Assembly: GCA_035529155.1 (NCBI GenBank)
Contig: DATKXF010000043.1
Coordinates: 1-43,732 of the forward strand
From: Methanomassiliicoccales archaeon
GTDB lineage: Archaea; Thermoplasmatota; Thermoplasmata; Methanomassiliicoccales; JAAEEP01
Length of the DNA: 43,732 bases
Direction: 5' to 3'
The translations under genes and the position numbers were made by a program. The number at the start of each line of letters is the position of its first letter. Position 1 is the first letter of the stretch. The notes beneath the pieces were generated by a model. The model saw only the letters and a list, made by a program, of their open reading frames with translations. It did not search any database and was not told where the DNA came from. Below, in pieces: positions 34,444-43,538 of this stretch.

Positions 34444-35507
34444 TGAGGTTCGAACCCCTTGGGCTTGAGGAGTGGTTCCACAAGTGGAGAGGGGTGGGTA
34501 CCAACCTGGATGTGAGCGGAGCTCCCGTACCATTCGAGGAGTTCCACCCAGAATTTGAGGAAGAATCGGACCTGGTGGAGTTAGAGGAGGAACTCGTAGA
34601 GCTACTCGCCCAAATTTACAGTGTGGGAACTGAGAGAATAGCCCTCACCTGCGGCACTCAGAACGCCAATTCCCTGGTGCTCATCACCCAGCTGAACGAC
34701 GAAGACATCATTGCGGCAGAGCATCCCATATACGAGCCTTTGCAGAAGGTGGCGGAACAGGTGTGCCGCCTCAGGGATCTGCCTCGGACACTGGAGGATC
34801 AGTACAGGCCAGACATGAATCGCCTAACCGAGATACTCGATAGCGGGTCCAGAATGGTGATGCTCACCAACATCCACAACCCTAGCGGTGCTGCTCTCCG
34901 CGATGATGAAATGAGGGCCATCCTGGAAACCGCTGAGGAAAGGGAAGCATTGGTCCTCTGCGATGAGATCTACAGGGAGATGTGTTACTCTGAGCCCCCC
35001 AAGGGCGCTTTTGAGGTCGGGGATAACGCGATAGTGACCAACGGTGTGACCAAACTCTATGGGCTGGGTGACCTACGGGTGGGTTGGGTCATCGGCCCGG
35101 AGGATGTCGCAAGGGACGTGGAGCTCTGTAGACTGGCCATCTTATCTCACCTTCCCGCTTACTCCCTGGCCGTGACCATCCAGGCACTGAAGAGGAGACA
35201 ATGGTTCAGGAACCGGATGCTTTCACGAGCCCGGGAGAATCTGAAGATCCTTAATGAATGGGCAAGGGCTGAGACACGGGTTTCCTTCATGATGCCGGAA
35301 GGGGGACTCATGTTCCTCCTGCCGCTGCCGAAAGGAATAGACGACATGGAATTCAGCGAATTCCTGCTTGAGAATCATGATACCGCGGTTTGTCCCGGCA
35401 GGTATTTCGGGGTACGAGGCCAGATCAGGATCACCTTCAGCTGTCCCCCCGAGGAATTCACCAGAGGTCTTCGGAACGTATCGGCCGCCCTAGATCACTT
35501 CTCATAG
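34440..35507 (+). CDS. PLP-dependent class I/II aminotransferase (specificity unknown)
   Basis: 'NIHNPSGAAL', 'CDEIYREM' and 'VTKLYGLGDLRVGW' (Schiff-base Lys region). The start overlaps the upstream stop (ATGA). Confidence 0.8.
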   Translation: MMRFEPLGLEEWFHKWRGVGTNLDVSGAPVPFEEFHPEFEEESDLVELEEELVELLAQIYSVGTERIALTCGTQNANSLVLITQLNDEDIIAAEHPIYEPLQKVAEQVCRLRDLPRTLEDQYRPDMNRLTEILDSGSRMVMLTNIHNPSGAALRDDEMRAILETAEEREALVLCDEIYREMCYSEPPKGAFEVGDNAIVTNGVTKLYGLGDLRVGWVIGPEDVARDVELCRLAILSHLPAYSLAVTIQALKRRQWFRNRMLSRARENLKILNEWARAETRVSFMMPEGGLMFLLPLPKGIDDMEFSEFLLENHDTAVCPGRYFGVRGQIRITFSCPPEEFTRGLRNVSAALDHFS

Positions 35508-36343
35508 GGGCGATTTGCTCCCTTGTACGAGCCGAGCACCTTGACGAATGCGGCCCTTCTTACCAGATCTGCCATTGCCTTGCTGATGGTCTCGTCATCA
35601 GCATGTCCGTCGATGTCTACGAAGAAGACGTATTCCCAGAAGCGGTCCCTCCGGGGTCGGGACTCCAGCTTGGTCATGTTCACGCCTCGCTCCGCGAAGG
35701 CGCCAAGACAGTAATGCAGAGCCCCCGGCAGATCCTTGGTGGCGAAGATTAGTGAGGTCTTGTCCCCTTCCTTCAGGAACGAGGCTCTTCTCTCCAGGAC
35801 GAAGAACCTGGTGTAGTTGCGGTCGCTGTCCTGGATCCCCTCCCTGAGAACCTCCATGTCATATGCGGAAGCGGCTCTGCTGCTGGCCACCGCTCCCTCG
35901 TCCCTCAGATCCCGCTCCTTGAGCTGCTTGACCGCCCCTGCGGTGTCGTATGCTGGAATTTTCTCCCAATTGGGGTGCTTTTCCAGGAAGCTCCGACACT
36001 GGGCCAGCGCTTGTGGATGGCTGTACACCTTTCTGATATCTCCCATTGATGTACCGGGGTGTCCGATGAGGCAATGGACAACCTGGATTATCTCCTCTCC
36101 CACCACAGTGAGATCATTCTCAAGAAGCAGTGCATTCACCTGGCTCACGCTTCCTTCTATGGTGTTCTCGACCGGGACTATTCCGAAATCGACCTCGCCC
36201 CGTGCAACACGGTTGAAGACCTCGTTGAACTCTGCACACTGCACTGGGTCGACTCTATTTCCGAAGTAGCGGGACGCGGCATCCTCACTGAAGGCGCCTG
36301 GAACCCCCTGAAATGCCACGGTCACCTGTTCACTCATTATCAT
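35495..36343 (-). CDS. pheA: Prephenate dehydratase with C-terminal ACT domain
   Basis: 'VAFQGVPGAFSE', 'VPVENTIEGSV', 'YSHPQALAQC' and 'TRF' with ACT 'SLIF...PGAL...NMTKLESRP'. The start is at 36343 or 36337, overlapping the lysC end. Confidence 0.9.
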   Translation of the reverse strand: MIMSEQVTVAFQGVPGAFSEDAASRYFGNRVDPVQCAEFNEVFNRVARGEVDFGIVPVENTIEGSVSQVNALLLENDLTVVGEEIIQVVHCLIGHPGTSMGDIRKVYSHPQALAQCRSFLEKHPNWEKIPAYDTAGAVKQLKERDLRDEGAVASSRAASAYDMEVLREGIQDSDRNYTRFFVLERRASFLKEGDKTSLIFATKDLPGALHYCLGAFAERGVNMTKLESRPRRDRFWEYVFFVDIDGHADDETISKAMADLVRRAAFVKVLGSYKGANRPYEK

Positions 36344-37706
36344 CACCAAAGAACTCCAAGTGGATTGCCAGAGTCGCAGCTTCAATATCCATTTTCCTAA
36401 CGATAAAGCAGTATGCCACCATGGACGCCCCAGCTGAGATCATGCTGATGTTCACACCCTTCTCGGCCACGGAATTGCACACTCGAGCCGCCACCCCCTG
36501 ACTGTATCCGATGCTCTCTCCCACCACGCATACCAGGGCCATGTCCTCAATGATCTCGAAGCGATCAAGCACGCCCCTGGCCAGTGTTGAAAGGAAACCT
36601 CTCACCCTCTCGATATCCTTTCTGTTGATGAGGAGGGAGACGCAGGTCTGGGATGTCGCAGCAGAATATATGTTGACCCTCAGGTCGCGGAGGACTCCGG
36701 ATAACTCGGCCATGACTCCATACCGTGCCCCTATTCCCGCACCATATGCCTTGATGATCACCATGTCCTCCATGCACGAGATGCTCTTGATGGTGTTCGG
36801 GACATACTCTGCAGTACTATGGATGACGGTACCTTTACCGTCCGGTTTGAACACGTTCATGAGCCTGATCTCTATTCCCGCCTCTCTTGCTGGCTCAACG
36901 GTACGAGGATGAAGCACCCTCGCTCCGAAGTATGAAAGCTCTGCGGCCTCTTCATAGGACAGCTCGGCAATGGGCACGGCATCTGGAACGACCTTAGGGT
37001 CCACGCTCATGAAGCCGTCCACCTCCTTCCATATCTCCAAGGCGTCAGCCTCGATAGCGTACGCGATCACGCTGGCGCTGTAATCGGTACCGTTCCTCCC
37101 GAACACCGTGACGTGTCCGTCCTCGGTCACACCGTAGAATCCGGTGATCACAGGGACCTCATTATTCTCCAATATGGTCCTGATCTTGCCGCCCGCCTTC
37201 TTCCGGGTGGCTGAAAGGTTCGCACCGGCAGAGCCGTAATGACCGTCGGATATGATCCCTATCTCGTCTGCCATGAGGGGCACCGCGTTCACACCCATGT
37301 CCTGGAGCATCGCGGAAACAAGTATGACGGAAAACCTCTCCCCGAAGCTTTGCACCAGATCCATGGTCCTCGGTGTAAGCTCCTCCAGGTAGCAGATTCC
37401 GTAGAGCACCCTCTCCAGCTTGACCAGCTTCTCCATAAGCAGGGAGATGGTCTCCTGTTTGGTCTCCATGCTGTTGGCAATATCGCGGAGAAGCGAGATA
37501 TGCTTCTCCTTCAACATCCGGATGAATTCCTGGATATTCTGCTCCGAGCGCATCTCCGAGACGAAGTCGATGAGCATGTCTGTCACTGATTGGACCGCGC
37601 TGACCACCACCACCTTGGGCTCTGGGTCCGAGGTCACGATCTCGCCGACCCTGAGCATGGCCTCTGCGTCCTTCAGCGATGACCCACCGAACTTCATTAC
37701 CTTCAT
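36330..37706 (-). CDS. lysC: Aspartate kinase with C-terminal ACT domains
   Basis: 'VMKFGGSSL', 'VVVVSA', 'GRNGTDYSA' and a tandem ACT-like C-terminus. Confidence 0.9.
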   Translation of the reverse strand: MKVMKFGGSSLKDAEAMLRVGEIVTSDPEPKVVVVSAVQSVTDMLIDFVSEMRSEQNIQEFIRMLKEKHISLLRDIANSMETKQETISLLMEKLVKLERVLYGICYLEELTPRTMDLVQSFGERFSVILVSAMLQDMGVNAVPLMADEIGIISDGHYGSAGANLSATRKKAGGKIRTILENNEVPVITGFYGVTEDGHVTVFGRNGTDYSASVIAYAIEADALEIWKEVDGFMSVDPKVVPDAVPIAELSYEEAAELSYFGARVLHPRTVEPAREAGIEIRLMNVFKPDGKGTVIHSTAEYVPNTIKSISCMEDMVIIKAYGAGIGARYGVMAELSGVLRDLRVNIYSAATSQTCVSLLINRKDIERVRGFLSTLARGVLDRFEIIEDMALVCVVGESIGYSQGVAARVCNSVAEKGVNISMISAGASMVAYCFIVRKMDIEAATLAIHLEFFGDDNE

Positions 37707-38362
37707 CTGCTTCTTATCCTCCGCAAGATCTCCTTTGGATTGTCAATGACCGCCCGCTTCACCTCATCTTCCGACATTCCGGCTCCTTTGGCAACCTGCC
37801 TTGCCCTTTCCTCAGATATCAGGTCGGTGTCAGTGTGGGCGTCGGTGTTCACCACCGTCTTAGCTCCGACCTCACGCGCCACCAGAACCACATGCCCGTT
37901 GGTCAAACAGTGACCCCTCCGGGAGGAGATCTCAAGGGTTATGCCGTTGTCCTTGGCCAGCTGGGCTTCCTGGATAGTGATGAAACCAGGATGTGCAAGG
38001 ATATCTACCTCGGGGTTCTTCACAGCTGCCAGGTTGGTCCCGGGTTCAGTGGGTTCGGCCAATGATTCCCCATGGACCACAATGAGCTCAGCTCCCAATT
38101 TTCGGGCTCTGGAGACCAGGTCATCGATCCTATCCACAGGGACGTGGGTTACCTCCACTCCAAGCACGGTCTCTATCTCCCATGATCCAGCCAATTGGCA
38201 GTCCCTGGCTGTCTCCTCGATCACCCTGTCGATTGTGGAGAGGGAGACGTGGTCTGTGAACGCAATACCCCCAATGCCGATTACATCGGCCCTCCTGGCC
38301 AGTTCTATGGGGAGCAGCTCTCCATCGCTCAGCAGGGTGTGGGTGTGAAGGTCGATTCTCAT
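37703..38362 (-). CDS. PHP-domain metal-dependent phosphoesterase (candidate histidinol-phosphatase)
   Basis: '[12 protein letters not shown]', 'FTDH', 'HGES', 'LAHP' and 'NTDAH' are PHP motifs. Translationally coupled between hisIE and lysC. Confidence 0.7.
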   Translation of the reverse strand: MRIDLHTHTLLSDGELLPIELARRADVIGIGGIAFTDHVSLSTIDRVIEETARDCQLAGSWEIETVLGVEVTHVPVDRIDDLVSRARKLGAELIVVHGESLAEPTEPGTNLAAVKNPEVDILAHPGFITIQEAQLAKDNGITLEISSRRGHCLTNGHVVLVAREVGAKTVVNTDAHTDTDLISEERARQVAKGAGMSEDEVKRAVIDNPKEILRRIRSR

Positions 38363-38961
38363 TTCCGTCTCTCCGATAACTTCTCGTAAACCTTCTCCAG
38401 GGGGACGTCCTTTCCCTCAAGAAGCACGAGCAGGTGGTAAATGAGGTCCGCGGCCTCCCAGGCCACCTTCTCGGAGTCCCCGCCCTTGGCGGCGATGGCC
38501 AGCTCACCAGCTTCCTCAATGATCTTCTTCAGCATCTTGTCCTCGTCCCGGAACAGCTTGCAGGTGTAGCTACCCTCGACCGGGTTCTCCTTCCTGTCTT
38601 TGATGACCCTCTTGAGCTCAGGGATGATGGCCGCGGTCTGCTTGATGTCCCCGTAAAGGATCTCGGAGAAGCAGGAGGGGCGTCCGGTGTGACATGCATA
38701 TCCCGTTTGATCGACCCTTACCAGAAGGGTATCTTGATCGCAGTCCGTCTGTATGGAAGCTATATCCTGGACGTTGCCGGAGGTCTCTCCCTTCATCCAC
38801 AGCTCCTCCCTGGAGCGCGACCAGAAGTGGGTCTTCCCGGTCTCCAGCATGAGATCGAAAGACTCCTGGTTAGTGTACGCATGCATCAAGACCTCGTTGG
38901 TGAACATGTCCTGGACGATAACTGGTATAAGACCCTTATCGTCAAATTGGAGCATGGTCAT
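38359..38961 (-). CDS. hisI: Bifunctional phosphoribosyl-AMP cyclohydrolase / phosphoribosyl-ATP pyrophosphatase
   Basis: 'GLIPVIVQD...VLMHAYTN', 'FWSRSR..LW.KGETSGN.Q', 'DCDQDTLL..V...G.ACHTG..SCF' (HisI), then 'SYT.KLF...KKI.EEA.E' (HisE). The true start is the ATG at 38961 (MTMLQF); the long ORF-track N-extension is rejected. Confidence 0.9.
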   Translation of the reverse strand: MTMLQFDDKGLIPVIVQDMFTNEVLMHAYTNQESFDLMLETGKTHFWSRSREELWMKGETSGNVQDIASIQTDCDQDTLLVRVDQTGYACHTGRPSCFSEILYGDIKQTAAIIPELKRVIKDRKENPVEGSYTCKLFRDEDKMLKKIIEEAGELAIAAKGGDSEKVAWEAADLIYHLLVLLEGKDVPLEKVYEKLSERRK

Positions 38962-39713
38962 AGTCTTACCCTCACTCCTCTGTCTTTGAGATACTCCTTG
39001 ACCTCGCCTACCGTGTGGGTGTCGTAGTGGAATATCGAGGCCGCTAGTGCGGCGTCTGCCCGGGTCTGGGCGAATACTTCGTAGATATGTTCGATGCTCC
39101 CGCACCCTCCTGAGGCGATCACGGGTATGTTGACCGCGTCCGCCACGGCCGCTGTTAGATCGATGTCGTATCCATTCTGGGTTCCGTCGGCATCCATTGA
39201 TGTTAGCAGGATCTCCCCTGCCCCAAGATCTTCCACCCGGCCGGCCCACTCGATGGCATCGATCTCGGTGCGTCTGGTACCTCCATGGGTCCAAACCTTC
39301 CAGGAGTTGCCCTCCCTCTTTCCATCGATGGCTACCACCACGCACTGGCTGCCGAAGTCCTCAGCGCACTCGGGGATGACCTCCGGCTCAGCGACCGCGA
39401 AAGAGTTTATGGATACCTTGTCCGCTCCCGCGTTCAAAGCGTCCCTCATATCTTCCTTGCTGCGGATTCCGCCTCCCACTGCAAGTGGTACGAAAAGCTT
39501 TTCAGCGGTCCTCTCCACGACCTTGAGCATGGTGCCTCTCTTCTCCAGAGAGGCAGAGATGTCCAGGAAGACGATTTCGTCCGCTCCCTGTCTCTCATAC
39601 TCCACGGCTCTTTCGGGAGGATCGCCCACTCCCTTGAGGTTCTTGAACTTGATCCCCTTGACCACTTTGCCGTCCTTCACATCCAGGCAAGGGATTATCC
39701 TTTTGGTTAGCAT
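38958..39713 (-). CDS. hisF: Imidazole glycerol phosphate synthase cyclase subunit
   Basis: '[17 protein letters not shown]', '[10 protein letters not shown]', 'PLAVGGGIR' and 'IASGG.G'. I prefer the ATG at 39713. Confidence 0.95.
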   Translation of the reverse strand: MLTKRIIPCLDVKDGKVVKGIKFKNLKGVGDPPERAVEYERQGADEIVFLDISASLEKRGTMLKVVERTAEKLFVPLAVGGGIRSKEDMRDALNAGADKVSINSFAVAEPEVIPECAEDFGSQCVVVAIDGKREGNSWKVWTHGGTRRTEIDAIEWAGRVEDLGAGEILLTSMDADGTQNGYDIDLTAAVADAVNIPVIASGGCGSIEHIYEVFAQTRADAALAASIFHYDTHTVGEVKEYLKDRGVRVRL

Positions 39714-39714
39714 C

Positions 39715-40263
39715 TTAACTTCTCCTGGTGTCTGGGGCATCCTTGGTACTGAGCAGCTCATCCCTTGGAGCCAGGGCTTCCTTTAGGGCCAGGCCTAGGG
39801 CCTTGAATGTGGCTTCCACGACGTGATGTTCGTCGAAGCCTCTCTGGTGAATGGAGTGGATCGTGATATTCGAGGACATCGCGAAGCTCCTGAAGAAGTG
39901 GATGTACAGAGCATCTGGACACTCCACGTCCACGTAGGGGCGGTCGATGAGATCGACAGCCACCGTGACCAGGGCGTCATCCATGGGGACCATGGCGTGC
40001 GAGGTCCTCCTGATGGGGTTGTCGCCCATAGCATCCCTGAGGGCCATTCCCAGGACGATGGCCACATCCTCGATCAGGTGGTGGTCATTGTCCCCGAACG
40101 CGCTGACGCTCAGGTCAAAGGACGCGTACTTGGCCAGCGTCTCCAGCATGTGTCTGAGGAACTGGTCCTCGCACTCGATGTCCGCTTCTCCATTTCCGTC
40201 CAGAACTAGGGAGATCTCGATATCGGTCTCCCGTGTCCTCCTGCTCATCTCAGATTTCCTCAT
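39715..40263 (-). CDS. hisB: Imidazoleglycerol-phosphate dehydratase (monofunctional)
   Basis: 'RRTRETDI', 'F..HML', 'D.HH..ED' and 'G.N.HH..EA.FKA' are IGPD motifs. No N-terminal HAD phosphatase domain. Confidence 0.95.
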   Translation of the reverse strand: MRKSEMSRRTRETDIEISLVLDGNGEADIECEDQFLRHMLETLAKYASFDLSVSAFGDNDHHLIEDVAIVLGMALRDAMGDNPIRRTSHAMVPMDDALVTVAVDLIDRPYVDVECPDALYIHFFRSFAMSSNITIHSIHQRGFDEHHVVEATFKALGLALKEALAPRDELLSTKDAPDTRRS

Positions 40264-40970
40264 GGTCTTTCACCCCACAGCTGTTCGGGGTTCAGCTTTC
40301 CCGTGTAAAGGGCTATTCCGATGACAACGGCCTCCGCGCCCATTTCCTCCAAGGCAGCCAGATCCTCCATGCTGGAAATACCGCCGGAGGCGATCACTGG
40401 GCATGGACACCTTCGGATGAAATCCGCCGCATCCTGGGCGGCTATCCCTTCGGCCTTTCCCTCGACATCCACGTTGGTATGCAGCACCCCTGCCAATGGG
40501 AGGTCCTCGATCCTCCGGAACATCTCGTCCATGGAGATGCTCGAGTCCTCCTGCCATCCCCGGACCTGGATCATTCCACCCTTCACATCCAGGGCAAGCA
40601 CGATCCTTCCCGGATGCTCGTCAGCGTTCCTGGCCAGCCAAATGGGATCCTTGATGGCCTTGGTTCCCACCACGATCGTGCGGGCACCAACCTCCAGCAG
40701 GTCATCGACCAGCTGGTCGCTGCGGATCCCCCCGCCAACCTGGACTGGGATGGTAACATTCTCGATGATATCCTTAATGGATTCGATGTTGTTTCCCTTT
40801 CCCAGAGCTCCATCGAGATCGATCACGTGGAGTCCAGGTGCCCCCATCGACTCCCATTTGAGTGCCATCTCAACGGGATCTGGCAGGACTATCTTCTCCG
40901 TTCCAGGGACGCCGCCAACAAGCTGCACGACCTTTCCGTTCAGCATGTCGACCGCGGGTAGTATCCTCAA
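40260..40970 (-). CDS. hisA: ProFAR isomerase
   Basis: 'ILPAVDMLNGKVVQLVGG', 'LHVIDLDGA', 'VQVGGGIR' and 'ASGGIS'. Confidence 0.95.
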   Translation of the reverse strand: MRILPAVDMLNGKVVQLVGGVPGTEKIVLPDPVEMALKWESMGAPGLHVIDLDGALGKGNNIESIKDIIENVTIPVQVGGGIRSDQLVDDLLEVGARTIVVGTKAIKDPIWLARNADEHPGRIVLALDVKGGMIQVRGWQEDSSISMDEMFRRIEDLPLAGVLHTNVDVEGKAEGIAAQDAADFIRRCPCPVIASGGISSMEDLAALEEMGAEAVVIGIALYTGKLNPEQLWGERP

Positions 40971-41566
40971 ACGCAGCCCTCCGCGAACTCCACGAAGTTG
41001 CGCAGGAACCTCAGCCCCGAGGTGCTGCTCTTCTCCGGATGGAATTGGGTTCCAACGACATTTCTTTTTCTGAAGGCTGACGGGAATTCAACATAGTAAT
41101 CGGTTCTACCCGCAACCACGTCCTCATTAGGACTCCCGTGGAACGAGTGTGCGAAGTAGAAGTATCTCGAATCTATCGAATCGAAGATTGGATCTTGTGA
41201 TTTCACATGGTTCCAGCCCATGTGCGGTACCTTCTCCGCCTCCAAGCGTATGACCTTGCCCTTGAAGTAGCCCAGTCCGGGGGAATCACCCTCTTCGCTT
41301 CCCTCGAATAGGATCTGAGCTCCGATGCAGATGCCCAGGCATGGGGTGCCGTTGTTCAGCAGCTCCACGATCTGTTCCCGATACGGGATGAGCTTCTCCA
41401 TCGTTCTTGAGAAAGCGCCGACTCCCGGGAATACGATGCACTCCGCGTCCAACAGACTGCCCATATCCTTTTCCACCCTGGGGTTGGAGCCGCACAGTTC
41501 CAAAGCCTTTCGGATGGAGTGCAGGTTGCCCACACCGTAATCAGCGATGGCGATGTTCAAAGGCAT
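40967..41566 (-). CDS. hisH: Imidazole glycerol phosphate synthase glutamine amidotransferase subunit
   Basis: 'IAIADYGVGNLHS', 'FPGVGAF', 'LGICIGAQ', 'VPHMGWN' and 'QFHPEKS'. Confidence 0.95.
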   Translation of the reverse strand: MPLNIAIADYGVGNLHSIRKALELCGSNPRVEKDMGSLLDAECIVFPGVGAFSRTMEKLIPYREQIVELLNNGTPCLGICIGAQILFEGSEEGDSPGLGYFKGKVIRLEAEKVPHMGWNHVKSQDPIFDSIDSRYFYFAHSFHGSPNEDVVAGRTDYYVEFPSAFRKRNVVGTQFHPEKSSTSGLRFLRNFVEFAEGCV

Positions 41567-42609
41567 TCGGAGAGCACCTCCTCTATCCTCTCGACAAGCA
41601 ATTCGTTCAGCTCTTGAGTTCCAATGGTGGTCCTGATGCAGTCCTCCAGCATTCGCTTCGAACCGAAATCCCTTATGAGGACCCCTTTATCGGCCAAAGC
41701 GCTTGTGAGCCTGCTGGACGAAATCGGAGATCGAGCCAGCATGAAGTTGGTCTCCGAAGGGAAGACATCGAACCTCATCTTGGTGAGCGATGAGGCTAGT
41801 CTGGGTCTCTGCTCGTTGACCGTCCTCACGATGCGGTCAACGTACTCTCTTTCCCTAAGGGCAGCGATGGCCATCATCTCGCTGACCCTGTTGAGCGAGT
41901 AGGGAATCTTCACCCTGTTCATGATGTCGGTCAATTCCTCGCAGGCGATCAGGTATCCCACCCTCATCCCGGCCATTCCGTATGCCTTTGAGAATGTCCT
42001 GGTAACGATGAGGTTGTCGTGACTACCGATCAATGGGATGAATGACTCGCCAGCGAACTCCCCATAGGCTTCGTCCACAATTACGGGGCCGTCAAACTCG
42101 GCGATGATGCGCTCAATGTCCTTCCTGTTGAAACTGTTGGCCGTGGGATTGTTAGGGGTGCACAGAATGGCAACCTTCCCTGAAGCGGAAAGCATATCAT
42201 CGGTGATCAGCTGGAAGTCGGGTGTGAGATCGACCTCGTTAACCTTCCCACCGTTCACCTTCACGAACCAGGAATGCAAAGTGTACGAGGGATATGGCGT
42301 CACCACCTTCTCCCCCCACTCCAGGAATGATTTGAAGATCACATCCAGGACCTCGTCGGATCCGTTCCCAACTATGACCATGTTCGGGTTAATGTCATAG
42401 AATTGGGCTAGCTCCTCCCGAAGGCCATCGGAGTATGGTTTGGGGTACTGGTTGACATCCATGCTCGCGCATTCTTCGAGTACCTTGGCCGCCACTGGAT
42501 TCGGACCTAGCACGTTCACGCTGGTGTCCATTCTGACCACATTTTGGCACTTGGGGTCGTAGTACTGCCTAATATCCTTGAGGGTCGACCTCATCCATCT
42601 CTCGGGCAA
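41557..42609 (-). CDS. hisC: Histidinol-phosphate aminotransferase
   Basis: 'YP.PY', 'CTPNNPT', 'VIVDEAY.EF' and 'RTFSKAYGMAGMRVGY', plus the operon context. Confidence 0.9.
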   Translation of the reverse strand: MPERWMRSTLKDIRQYYDPKCQNVVRMDTSVNVLGPNPVAAKVLEECASMDVNQYPKPYSDGLREELAQFYDINPNMVIVGNGSDEVLDVIFKSFLEWGEKVVTPYPSYTLHSWFVKVNGGKVNEVDLTPDFQLITDDMLSASGKVAILCTPNNPTANSFNRKDIERIIAEFDGPVIVDEAYGEFAGESFIPLIGSHDNLIVTRTFSKAYGMAGMRVGYLIACEELTDIMNRVKIPYSLNRVSEMMAIAALREREYVDRIVRTVNEQRPRLASSLTKMRFDVFPSETNFMLARSPISSSRLTSALADKGVLIRDFGSKRMLEDCIRTTIGTQELNELLVERIEEVLSECL

Positions 42610-42621
42610 TCTTCACACCCC

Positions 42622-43497
42622 CTAGGGAACCATGCGATCAATGGGCATTATGAGGATGCCCGAAGCTCCCAGCTTCTTGAGCCTGGTGACGGATTCGTAG
42701 ACCTTGTCCTTGTCCACGACAACGTGGATGGCTACGCAGTCATCCCTTCCCATGATGTTCATGACCGTCGGTCCAGCTATGCCTGGAAGGAAGGATTTGA
42801 TCTCGTCGAGAGCCTCTTTTGGCACGTCCGCCATCAGGTATTTCTTCTCCTCGGCGTCCGTCACGCTTCTGATTGCTTCGGTGAGCTCTCTTATCTCTTC
42901 TTCCTTGGCCTTCAGGCTTTCCTTGTTCGCGACCACGACTGCCCAGGATTCCAGGATGGTGCCGATCTCCTTGAGCCTGTTGCCCTTGAGAGTGGAACCG
43001 CTGCTGACCAGATCGACAATGATGTCTGCCACCCCGATTCTTGGTGTGACCTCAGCCGCTCCAGAGACCGCGGTGATCTTCACCTTCTTCCCCTTGGATT
43101 CGAAGAACTCATTTGTCATGTGAGGGAACGAGGTGGCCACTACCGCTCCGTCGGGCACGTCGTCAACAGCGTCTATCCCGGACCCTTCTGGGGAGGCGAC
43201 GGACAGTCTGCAGTATCCATAGTTGAGGGTCTGGACGATCTCCATGTCCAGGCCAGATTCCATCACCAGATCCTTTCCGGTGATGCCAAGGTCGACCGCG
43301 CCGGTATGGACGAAGCGAACGATGTCCTGAGCCCTGAGGAACATGATCTCGAAGTCCATGTTCTTCACGGGCGCGTACAGCTTCCTCTCGCCCCCGTTCT
43401 CGATGTCCAGCCCAGCTCTCTTGAGGATCTCGACGGATCGGTCGCTGAGCCTTCCCTTGTTCGGCACGGCCAATCTCAATGTCATCTCTTCACCCAT
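42622..43497 (-). CDS. hisG: ATP phosphoribosyltransferase, long form with C-terminal regulatory domain
   Basis: 'LRLAVPNKGRL', 'DLGITGKD' and 'DLVSSGSTLKGN'. The ~290 aa length is consistent with the HisG-long form. Confidence 0.9.
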   Translation of the reverse strand: MGEEMTLRLAVPNKGRLSDRSVEILKRAGLDIENGGERKLYAPVKNMDFEIMFLRAQDIVRFVHTGAVDLGITGKDLVMESGLDMEIVQTLNYGYCRLSVASPEGSGIDAVDDVPDGAVVATSFPHMTNEFFESKGKKVKITAVSGAAEVTPRIGVADIIVDLVSSGSTLKGNRLKEIGTILESWAVVVANKESLKAKEEEIRELTEAIRSVTDAEEKKYLMADVPKEALDEIKSFLPGIAGPTVMNIMGRDDCVAIHVVVDKDKVYESVTRLKKLGASGILIMPIDRMVP

Positions 43498-43516
43498 GGA
43501 TGTGCTCCCAAACAGC

Positions 43517-43538
43517 TAATATATATTTATATATGTAT
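43517..43538 (-). promoter_or_regulatory. AT-only TATA-box region of the his operon promoter
   Basis: A pure A/T run 'taatatatatttatatatgtat' lies 20-41 nt upstream of the hisG ATG (43497). That spacing fits a leaderless or very short-leader archaeal mRNA. Confidence 0.55.

Noticed and set aside
34447-34458. GGTTCGAACCCC, a tRNA T-arm-like string
   Set aside because: The flanking bases cannot form a T-stem or an acceptor stem, and the string lies within the first codons of the aminotransferase CDS.
38962-39345. N-terminal 128-aa extension of the hisIE ORF (ORF-track start 39345)
   Set aside because: The extension is R/G-rich, overlaps hisF out of frame, and precedes a perfect HisI N-terminus ([18 protein letters not shown]) whose ATG overlaps the hisF stop.
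40233-41073. 242- and 250-aa plus-strand ORFs antisense to hisA/hisH
   Set aside because: Both are antisense to strongly supported his genes, have low-complexity S/P/R/H-rich composition, and show no motifs.
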